Program-made: the position numbers and the translations under genes
From: a virus
Taxonomy: Duplodnaviria; Caudoviricetes
Length of the DNA stretch: 64,000 nt
IMG/VR virus record: IMGVR_UViG_3300038379_000423
Span: 3,429-67,428 of that record
Direction: 5' to 3' (one strand)
Notes under the pieces: generated by a model
Seen by the model: only the letters and a program-made list of their open reading frames with translations
Database searches by the model: none
Told to the model about the DNA's origin: nothing
Shown here: positions 27,475 to 35,050 of the stretch, in pieces
How positions within the stretch are numbered: the stretch's first letter is position 1
Layout: each line of letters starts with the position of its first letter

Positions 27475-28074
27475 ATGGAAATCGAAGTAGTTACAGATGC
27501 ACATGGCGCCAAAAGATGGTATCACGACAAGAAACTACATCGCGCCGATGGTCCGGCGGTTGAACTACCTGATGGTACCAAGAAGTGGTACCTGAAAAAT
27601 AAGCTACACCGGACCAACGGTCCAGCGGTTGAACTACCTGATGGTACCAAGAAGTGGTACCGCAACGGGTACGTACACAGAGAGGATGGTCCTGCCATCG
27701 AATACCCCGATGGAACCAGGGAATGGTACCAAAGGGGGAAGCTACATCGGCTGAATGGTCCAGCACTCGAAGGCTACGACAACACAGAAGATTGGTATCA
27801 GCGAGGAGCGCCGCATCGGCTTGATGGGCCTGCTATTGTGAAGCGGGATGGAACCAAGAAATGGTTTCTAAGGGGGAAATTGCACCGGGACGATGGTCCG
27901 GCCGTTGAACTACCTGACGGTACCAAGTACTGGTACCGAAGAGACAGGTTACACAGGATTGGTGGCCCCGCCGTGGAGAGGGCTAATGGCACCAAAGAGT
28001 GGTGGCAGAATGGCAAACTCTACCACCGGGATGGTGGTCCGGCCATCGAGCATTTTGACGGCTCTAGGCAGTAG
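27475..28074 (+). CDS. LHRxDGPA (MORN-like) repeat protein
   Basis: Eight 23-aa repeats G(K)LHRxDGPAVExxDGTKxWY; 69-bp period visible in the DNA; AAGGA RBS. Confidence 0.9.
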   Translation: MEIEVVTDAHGAKRWYHDKKLHRADGPAVELPDGTKKWYLKNKLHRTNGPAVELPDGTKKWYRNGYVHREDGPAIEYPDGTREWYQRGKLHRLNGPALEGYDNTEDWYQRGAPHRLDGPAIVKRDGTKKWFLRGKLHRDDGPAVELPDGTKYWYRRDRLHRIGGPAVERANGTKEWWQNGKLYHRDGGPAIEHFDGSRQ

Positions 28075-28166
28075 TTTAATTGCGGGCGAGAAACCGCCCG
28101 GAAACCCGCACCGGACCAATAACTGCACACGCATACTACCTTGACCAACAGTATGACAAGGCAAGT

Positions 28167-28196
28167 TTGCAACGCTACATCACGAGGGGATAAAAT
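28167..28196 (+). promoter_or_regulatory. sigma70-like promoter
   Basis: TTGCAA-N18-TAAAAT upstream of 28211. Confidence 0.55.
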
Positions 28197-28210
28197 TGTG
28201 AGGCCCCCCA

Positions 28211-28762
28211 ATGAATAGAAAAGTTGCCTTGGCAATAGCGGCTTTAGCTGACGCGGCCTTGGCCTCATCGAGGGATTATTCCCGATGTTTGCGGGCCACC
28301 CGGCATCTAAAATTGCTTCTGCAGGTAGATTCCGATTCGGAAAATTCCGAACTTTTGGAGACACTGCAAGCATTACTAATTCGCGCGCGAGCCGTGGAGA
28401 GCGGGTACGCAGGAAAGAATAGGCCCCCACCGCTCATGGAGCTACTTCCGGAGGATCTGCAGGTAAAGGCTTGCAGCTTACAGCAATTTCTATATCAGCT
28501 GTACCAAGGGATTTGGTTTCAGTGCTCTTCGTGGGATGAAAAGCCTGGCCTTCGTAGCTCACGCAATAACGCGGCTGGCGACACAATCCTCAAGATGCTT
28601 TATGAGGACCGACGCTGGACTGGATACAAATCTTGGTGTCGGACCACGAGCCCATCTGTTAGGGCCTTGATAGTAGAAGCCTTGATCTTCGATAGGCCCG
28701 TACCAAACCCGAATTTTGGGACCGTGTGCAGCACGATCGACCAATGGCCGTTCTCGGAATAA
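28211..28762 (+). CDS. Hypothetical protein
   Basis: 183 aa, own promoter. Confidence 0.6.
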   Translation: MNRKVALAIAALADAALASSRDYSRCLRATRHLKLLLQVDSDSENSELLETLQALLIRARAVESGYAGKNRPPPLMELLPEDLQVKACSLQQFLYQLYQGIWFQCSSWDEKPGLRSSRNNAAGDTILKMLYEDRRWTGYKSWCRTTSPSVRALIVEALIFDRPVPNPNFGTVCSTIDQWPFSE

Positions 28763-28784
28763 GAAGAACCAACGAAGTTATTCG

Positions 28785-28813
28785 TTGACCGCCCACGGAT
28801 AAAAGCTTATACA
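28785..28813 (+). promoter_or_regulatory. sigma70-like promoter
   Basis: TTGACC-N17-TATACA; -35 overlapped by hairpin CAACGAA-GTTA-TTCGTTG. Confidence 0.65.
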
Positions 28814-28819
28814 TATTCC

Positions 28820-28935
28820 TATGGTTAGCAGATTTTGATGGAATGGAAAGGACGAATAGCCTAGGAACTCTCCTCCCATCCCCCTTGAATCCTAGGCTAT
28901 ACTTGGGGCCGCTGGAGACAGCGGCCCCCTTTTTA
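28820..28935 (+). ncRNA. Candidate small RNA or attenuator leader (about 115 nt) with anti-SD loop
   Basis: Bounded by a promoter and an intrinsic terminator; 11-bp stem 28856-28866/28890-28900 presents loop ACTCTCCTCCCATCCCCCTTGAA. Confidence 0.55.
28905..28934 (+). terminator. Rho-independent terminator
   Basis: GGGGCCGCTG-GAGA-CAGCGGCCCC followed by CTTTTT. Confidence 0.85.
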
Positions 28936-28949
28936 TCGGAAGGTGCCAA

Positions 28950-29315
28950 ATGACCAGTAGTAAGAAACGCCGGATTTTGCACGTCAACACCCGCAGAATC
29001 CTTATTGCGATGATAAATTCCGGCAGTACGTATGCGGCTGTTAGCCGGAAAACTGGAGTCCCGCCCACTACCGTTCGTCGGATCTACCAGGCTCGCGACC
29101 TCTGGGTAGATCACTCCGAGCCTGGCGCCGAAGTACGTACTCCACCGACAGCACAGCCAAAGGCTCCTACCCCCAACCCGAATCCCAAGAATATTCGATA
29201 CGAGGACTGCCACCGGGCAACGGCAGCAAACCTCACAGGAGTGCCTCCGTTGCCGTCATCAATCTCCGCCGTAAGATCTCTGATGACTACCACCTTGACC
29301 TGGGACTATGATTGA
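28950..29315 (+). CDS. HTH DNA-binding protein
   Basis: GSTYAAVSRKTGVPPTTVRRI HTH; Pro-rich linker; C...C.....C in the tail; GGAAGG RBS. Confidence 0.7.
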   Translation: MTSSKKRRILHVNTRRILIAMINSGSTYAAVSRKTGVPPTTVRRIYQARDLWVDHSEPGAEVRTPPTAQPKAPTPNPNPKNIRYEDCHRATAANLTGVPPLPSSISAVRSLMTTTLTWDYD

Positions 29316-29351
29316 CCGCTAGGCTATAGCGCTGGTTTGCAGCTAGCCACA

Positions 29352-29395
29352 GCGGGCCTAGGCCCAAAAAATCACGCTGATTTGCGCATGATTTT
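29352..29395. promoter_or_regulatory. Dispersed palindromic element, copy 1
   Basis: GCGGGCCTAGGCCC-AAAAAATCA-CGCTGATTTGCGCA-TGATTTT; related copy at 59149. Confidence 0.7.
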
Positions 29396-29437
29396 GGCAC
29401 ACCTCTTGTATGGTGAGCCCTTTTGTATAGAGTAAGA

Positions 29438-29463
29438 AAGGCCCCCGCCGGAGCGGGGGCCTT
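29438..29463 (-). terminator. Rho-independent terminator
   Basis: 11-bp stem AAGGCCCCCGC/GCGGGGGCCTT; TTTCTT tail on minus strand. Confidence 0.75.
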
Positions 29464-29482
29464 CGTCGTCCTATTCAAAAAG

Positions 29483-29507
29483 AAAGCCGGGTGGGGAGCC
29501 CGGCTTT
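29483..29507 (-). terminator. Rho-independent terminator ending the virion operon
   Basis: AAAGCCGGG/CCCGGCTTT stem followed by CTTTTT on minus strand. Confidence 0.85.
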
Positions 29508-29576
29508 AGGTGGGGGAGGACTGTCCTAACATCAGTGACTATATAGGTCATCACAGGGACGTTGTCAAGAAAAAAT

Positions 29577-29744
29577 TTACAGCTGGTAGTTTACCTTCTC
29601 ACAGCGCCAATCGTGCGAAGAATCCTCCGGTACGCTGGACGCACCGACGGCCTCACACAACTCCTGAGTGGGATAGAGCAGTTGCGTATCGAGCTCGATG
29701 GTGCATTCCCCGGAGAGCACGATCAAGATGAGTACCCACATCAT
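29577..29744 (-). CDS. Small exported/membrane Cys-containing protein (55 aa; absent from the ORF track)
   Basis: AGGGAG RBS; MMWVLILIVLSGECTIELDTQLLYPTQELCEAVGASSVPEDSSHDWRCEKVNYQL; followed by terminators. Confidence 0.7.
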   Translation of the reverse strand: MMWVLILIVLSGECTIELDTQLLYPTQELCEAVGASSVPEDSSHDWRCEKVNYQL

Positions 29745-30040
29745 AGAAACTCCCTGTAAGGTGTCTGCGTGGCGATTTTTAATTGACTTGTTTTTCCTCG
29801 GGGGTCTTCTCCGTTACTACAACCTCCCCGCACAAGTCAGAGTAGTAAAGGGCCCAAACAATGATGACGATCCGCTCCGGGGAGACTTCATTCCCTGGAG
29901 GTGTAGCACCTAACACTCATCGCTGCAACCCATCAGTAAGCGCCTGACTCGTTACAGATCCTGATACCTTTCTGTGTCAAGACAGGGGAGAGTTACTGCC
30001 GGCTAAACTACGCGTGACAATTACGGCTACTAATTCTCAG

Positions 30041-30352
30041 TTATAGTACGACTTGGGTCAGCGCCTTCTTGAACCAGGAATAGTAGTCGCTGAGATTTTC
30101 GACGGCCATCGCAATACCGGCTCCAACCATGAGCCACCATGCGGATTGAGCGACGATCGCAATATCCTGGATCCGACGGCGTCTAATTACAGCCGCTTCT
30201 ATCGACTCCCTATTCTTCGGGTCAAGGCGTAACACCGTGAATAGAATTTCGTGATGCTTATCGTTTTCGTTCAGCCGCGCATGAAGTTCTTCGCGTGTCC
30301 GCCTGATCTCCTCTAGGAGCTCGAGCGTTCCGACCCTTCGTTCGGCGTTCAT
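30041..30352 (-). CDS. Holin-like membrane protein
   Basis: N-terminal coiled coil plus C-terminal transmembrane helix; end of the tail operon. Confidence 0.45.
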   Translation of the reverse strand: MNAERRVGTLELLEEIRRTREELHARLNENDKHHEILFTVLRLDPKNRESIEAAVIRRRRIQDIAIVAQSAWWLMVGAGIAMAVENLSDYYSWFKKALTQVVL

Positions 30353-30471
30353 ACAAACCTACCAAGTTTTTTCGTTGGGGCACGGGTCCCACGAGCGATG
30401 CGCGCCTTCGCGGGAATGTCCGGCCGATCCTGCTCGGCCTGGGACAACAAAGTCGGGTACGGCAACCATTA

Positions 30472-32622
30472 TCATGTGTATACCCTTACGTAGTCGATAT
30501 CGACGGTGAGGCCGTCGGCGCCGGAGGCCGGGTTGACGTCCTGCTGCGGGATCGGCCCCTGCGACTTGACCCAATGGCCGAAGAGGAAGTGGAACGGCTT
30601 GTCGAACGGCGAGCCGGTCGGCCCCTGCGATCCGGCGCCGGCATAGGGAGCAGCGAAGTTCACGCGATCATACCGGTAGGGGGTCGCCCGAGTGTTCCCC
30701 CAATCCCAATTCTCCTTCAGCCCGTCCTTGCCGGTCGCATCCAACGACAGTACGTCGTCGTACCAGACCTTAAACCGGATCGTGTTGTTCTCGCGGAACC
30801 AGTGCACCTTCATGACGTGCCAGGCATCGCCCCAACTCGGGAGGCTAGAGATGCGATGCCCGGTATCCCAATTAGTCGGGTTGGAGTTGAGCGCCTGGAT
30901 CAGCGTCGTCCAGATCATATGCTTCCCGCCGCCGTCGACCGGGTTCCACTCGTTGCCCCAGACGCTCTCGCACAGGTCGATCTCGCCCGACGCCGGCCAC
31001 CAGCCGCCGTTCACGCCGCTCTGGGTCCAGAAGTAGGTTTCGGCACCGGGCAGCCACGCCGGCATCATCCACATGACCGCCTGGAGACCGCTGCGGTTCG
31101 GATTGTTGAGTGACACGGGCCCCGGCGGAAACTTGAACCTGATCTCGAAGTAGCAATCCGGCCCGACAGCGTACTTCAAATTCGCCCGAGCCTTGTGGTC
31201 CTGTCCCTGGATCTGGCAACCCCACCAACGACCGGTGCCGGCGTGCCAGCGCACCGGAAACCGGATCGCTGAGTTCTCGAAGAACGGCACGCAATAGGCG
31301 GGGTTCATGTTGGTGTTGGTGCCGGATGCGCCCCAGTAGTTGTCGTCGCTGGAGATCATCCACTTCGTGGTGTCGAGCGTCGGGCCGTCGAACTCGTCCG
31401 CCCACGACAGCGAATAGGTCTTGCCGTCGATCGTCTTGGTGTTAGGATTAGGATTAGCACCCTGACGATACGGGCTTGCCGGCCCCCACAGCTCTAACAA
31501 CTTTGTGGCCGCATGAGTCATCACACAACTTGCGGAACCATCAAGGCACGAATCTACGATTTTTCCACTCTCTAGAATGTTCGCGTTAAACCATAGAACG
31601 CACGCAATATCGACATTGTTCTGGACACACCATTCAGTAACCTTGGTAATCGTATGGTAGTCGACTGTCTGAGATATATTACCGATACCGTTTGGACGAT
31701 CTACGGCAACACGCCGGAATATCCCAGCCTCTGAAATGAAAACCTTTTTGCCGATAGACTTCGCAAACGCCAACTGGCCCATAGGCGACCAGTTTGTATC
31801 TACGTCTGCGTTATTCGCCGCAATGGCAGAGAAAATAGAATCAATCTGTGCAGTCGTCGGCGTGCATCCTGGCGCTGCACAACTAATCCATCCGGAACCA
31901 GGATAGAATGTCAACCCCCAGTAATCCATCCATGGTAGGCCGCGGCCATCGTTGCCGGACACATGCCAAAGCGCCTTGCTTAAAATGCCGTTCTGCGGCT
32001 GCGAATTCGTGTCTGTATAAGGGACAAAGGCGAATTCGATTGTCGGATCGACCGCCCGCATGGCATTGACCATCGTACGCCACGCTCCGGCCCACAGCCC
32101 AGACGTGACTTCGGCCGCAGTCGGCGACCACGGCTTGTAATTCATTTGCGTCTCTGAGGACGCTATAACGACTTTGTAACCGCTGTTCTTACAGTGCTGG
32201 GCAATATTGGTCCACTCAGTCACAACACCGGAGACAGCATCTGAGCACTGCTGATATGTCCAGGCCTGCAACCTTGGAACGTATCCCTGCATCAGGATTC
32301 GGCAGTTCGCCGGCCGAGGGTGGTTCATCGGCTGCGATTGGCCGGATTGGCCTGTGGCGAAGAGAAAATTCTGCACTTGGTTCGCGGCGCTCCCAACAAG
32401 GCCGCTGATGGGATTCCCGCCGTCGTACCAGATTGCGCCGGCGCCGCTCATCCGGTTGTACATCGCCTGGCCGCCGTAGAAGGCTCCTTGCGGTGGCAGA
32501 GAACTTGTACCGCCACCACCTCCACCTCCGCCCCCACCGGGGGATCCAATAACTACGAAGGTTGGAGCCCCACCCTTAGCCCTACTACGAGTGCTAGCTA
32601 TTCTCTGCGCCCTAATAATCAC
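30472..32622 (-). CDS. Two-domain glycoside hydrolase: GH26/clan A-like plus GH16-like
   Basis: Poly-Gly N-terminal linker; DYWGLTFY and KVFISEAG; WADEFDG, WPASGEIDLCE (ExDxxE), PFDKPFH, IDYVRVY. Confidence 0.8.
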   Translation of the reverse strand: MIIRAQRIASTRSRAKGGAPTFVVIGSPGGGGGGGGGGTSSLPPQGAFYGGQAMYNRMSGAGAIWYDGGNPISGLVGSAANQVQNFLFATGQSGQSQPMNHPRPANCRILMQGYVPRLQAWTYQQCSDAVSGVVTEWTNIAQHCKNSGYKVVIASSETQMNYKPWSPTAAEVTSGLWAGAWRTMVNAMRAVDPTIEFAFVPYTDTNSQPQNGILSKALWHVSGNDGRGLPWMDYWGLTFYPGSGWISCAAPGCTPTTAQIDSIFSAIAANNADVDTNWSPMGQLAFAKSIGKKVFISEAGIFRRVAVDRPNGIGNISQTVDYHTITKVTEWCVQNNVDIACVLWFNANILESGKIVDSCLDGSASCVMTHAATKLLELWGPASPYRQGANPNPNTKTIDGKTYSLSWADEFDGPTLDTTKWMISSDDNYWGASGTNTNMNPAYCVPFFENSAIRFPVRWHAGTGRWWGCQIQGQDHKARANLKYAVGPDCYFEIRFKFPPGPVSLNNPNRSGLQAVMWMMPAWLPGAETYFWTQSGVNGGWWPASGEIDLCESVWGNEWNPVDGGGKHMIWTTLIQALNSNPTNWDTGHRISSLPSWGDAWHVMKVHWFRENNTIRFKVWYDDVLSLDATGKDGLKENWDWGNTRATPYRYDRVNFAAPYAGAGSQGPTGSPFDKPFHFLFGHWVKSQGPIPQQDVNPASGADGLTVDIDYVRVYT

Positions 32623-33992
32623 GACTGATCCTCACGCTCAGCACAAGCCATGAAAAATCTAAGCCCCGCCAATCCATTCATGCTGGCTGGAGTAACCACA
32701 TTAAGGAATTCGCCATGTGCAAGTTCGACAACTTGTGAAGCAGCAGGGGCTACCCATGTGCCAGAGGAAGTACTCCAAAGCGTCCAGGTCGACCACAGAT
32801 TACCAGCCCCAAATGAGGCGCGGGCAACATTGATCGGGGACTGCCCCAGCACTTGGCGAGTGACAATAAAGTCGGTGGCAGCAGATGGCGCAGTAGTACA
32901 AGTTACCGTTCCTATATCCGCCGGATCAAACGGGACCCGCGTAGGATTAAAGATGTACTGACTAAAAATGGTAGTACTAACCGGAGGGACTCCCGGATCC
33001 CAGAACGACACTTGAGAGATTATAGGACTGCTACCAATGATTTCCCAGGTAGTGCCGGCATTCCTGGTCATGAGCCAGTACTCTTGCCGGCTTCCGGGTG
33101 CTATCTTCCTGGGCGGGCCACTATAGCCAAGGACGGTGTACGCCGAATAAGTAGCCTTAATAACGTTCGCCCCACTATTAATGACTACTAAACGAATGTA
33201 GAATTCATACCCAGTAGGAGAATTACTTCCTGTAGGTAAGGCAATTGTGAAATTGGCATCGGTGGTGACCAATCTAGTGGTTCCAGAAACCCCACTTGTT
33301 GAGGGTGTTATCGTACCTCCTACTAGCACACCGGTATCAAGAGTGAGGGATACGACTTGCGATAGTATCAACCATTTGTTAGTGGCGTCGAACTTTAGGA
33401 GAGAATCTCCGCCGAGTGCCCCTCCAGACTTGTACTGAATACTGCCTTCGTCTCCAGCCGGAACCGCCCCACCTGAGCCACCAGAGCGCCAACTAGTGCC
33501 CCCGAGATGTGCGTCAAGGAGATTCGCAATTGCGGCACCAGTAAACGACGTGTTGTTTAGCTTTCCGTCAAGTACTGTCGACAGATCCGTCTGATTTCCG
33601 ATGGCTCCGGACACTTGTCCCCAGGTGACCGGCGCCGTCAAATCCAACCAGACTGCCGCCGAACTAGCCGCGTTAAGACACAGGTATGCCTTATTAGTTT
33701 GGGGAACCAACCACAATGTGCCGACTGTATTTCTACTGTTAGTGTCATCACTCTGAGTAGGGGCAGCAGTCTTGTTTCTCCACCTCGCTGCGAGCCAAGC
33801 GCTAGCCTGTGGATTGGCCACAAAGTCTGCTTCCAACCCGGTATGGTAGAAGTCCTGATTGGGAATTATAACTGTAGGAAAATCTGCCCCGGCGTATTTT
33901 GACGCAATAGCGTGGTCGACAGCGTTGAAGCCGGCCCTTACGGGCCCTCCCAGACCGCCTGGGACACTCCCGGTTAGAGTAGTCTGAGACAT
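32619..33992 (-). CDS. Tail fibre/receptor-binding protein
   Basis: APTQSDDT...GTLW...AVW fibre motif, GDEGSIQY..GG..GD motif, C-terminal beta-rich domain. Confidence 0.7.
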   Translation of the reverse strand: MSQTTLTGSVPGGLGGPVRAGFNAVDHAIASKYAGADFPTVIIPNQDFYHTGLEADFVANPQASAWLAARWRNKTAAPTQSDDTNSRNTVGTLWLVPQTNKAYLCLNAASSAAVWLDLTAPVTWGQVSGAIGNQTDLSTVLDGKLNNTSFTGAAIANLLDAHLGGTSWRSGGSGGAVPAGDEGSIQYKSGGALGGDSLLKFDATNKWLILSQVVSLTLDTGVLVGGTITPSTSGVSGTTRLVTTDANFTIALPTGSNSPTGYEFYIRLVVINSGANVIKATYSAYTVLGYSGPPRKIAPGSRQEYWLMTRNAGTTWEIIGSSPIISQVSFWDPGVPPVSTTIFSQYIFNPTRVPFDPADIGTVTCTTAPSAATDFIVTRQVLGQSPINVARASFGAGNLWSTWTLWSTSSGTWVAPAASQVVELAHGEFLNVVTPASMNGLAGLRFFMACAEREDQS

Positions 33993-33997
33993 CCACT

Positions 33998-35050
33998 TTA
34001 GCTCCCAGCCTTACCGTACAGAGAAATACTTCCTCCGGCAAAATTACCGGCCGACACCGATAGTTCAACACCTTGGACCGTGGATACAAGAGAGGAACGT
34101 GCCCCTACCTGAGAATGTGCCGGAGCCCCTCCCGTATTCAGGTAAACACCGCTACCTCTAACGGTAATTATGTCAGAGTAGTCTTCAATGTAGTACTCGC
34201 CGGTCAAAGCGGCGCCGGCTGCGTTTCCTAAGGCATTAGGATAAGTTATATCGATCGCCGTCTGTGAAGCCCCACCACTTAGTAAGTTACTGCCGGTTGT
34301 AGGTATCTCCAATATGGAATGATATGTAGTGCCGGTTTGCCAAGCATTAAGAATTTTCAATCTCAAAAAGGCTGTGACGCCGTTATTAGCCGGAGAAGCA
34401 TTGGTGATGCGAAACCGCTTTTCCTGGTAATCGCTAGGCGTACCGGAGTCGAGTCTCACTGAACTCTGTCCCGCGAGAGTTGCAGTCTGTAGAAGCTGCC
34501 ATTCAGAAGTGAAAGTAGTAAAAGGCTCGAGGCCGGTTTCCCCACTATTTACACGTACTCCTTTGAGAGCGTTACCAGATAACGAAAAGCCGTCAATGAG
34601 TGAGGAAAACCTGTCGATAGACAGAGGCCGCCAAACTGCCGAACCTGTAGCAACTACGCACTGATAAACTCTTTGTGGGGACGAAGCCACGTCAAACCAG
34701 AAAGAGCCTACGGACCAACCTTGCGTGGAGTTATCAGTCGTTAGTGGTGCGCGGTTGGCAGTGAAGTTATGGGCTACAGTAGAGAAGTTATTTATTGCAG
34801 TCCCGGTATGGTAAGGGATGATGGTCGTGCCATTGTACGACGCTAGAACATTCCAACCAGATGCGCCGCTGTTTGCAATTTTAATTACATTAGATGCCGT
34901 GTCCCACCAGAGCATTCCCGGATAACTTGGGGAAGGCTCGGTAACCCCGGAGTTAAGAGATGCTAAGGCTTTGAACGCCTCATTCACCCGTACCCGATAG
35001 ACTTTTTGAAGTACGTTGACTATCGAACCAAGATCGTTTGATTGTGTCAT
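33998..35050 (-). CDS. Tail fibre protein
   Basis: N..F.AL.S.NSG..P...YPGMLWWDT N-terminus; APLTTDNST.GWSVGS.W motif shared with the next fibre. Confidence 0.75.
   Translation of the reverse strand: MTQSNDLGSIVNVLQKVYRVRVNEAFKALASLNSGVTEPSPSYPGMLWWDTASNVIKIANSGASGWNVLASYNGTTIIPYHTGTAINNFSTVAHNFTANRAPLTTDNSTQGWSVGSFWFDVASSPQRVYQCVVATGSAVWRPLSIDRFSSLIDGFSLSGNALKGVRVNSGETGLEPFTTFTSEWQLLQTATLAGQSSVRLDSGTPSDYQEKRFRITNASPANNGVTAFLRLKILNAWQTGTTYHSILEIPTTGSNLLSGGASQTAIDITYPNALGNAAGAALTGEYYIEDYSDIITVRGSGVYLNTGGAPAHSQVGARSSLVSTVQGVELSVSAGNFAGGSISLYGKAGS

Noticed and set aside
27475-28074. Diversity-generating retroelement target/template pair formed by the LHR-repeat genes
   Set aside because: No reverse transcriptase in the window, and repeat differences are not adenine-specific.
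29562-29759. 65-aa plus-strand ORF
   Set aside because: Antisense to a better supported 55-aa minus-strand gene with a strong RBS and downstream terminators.
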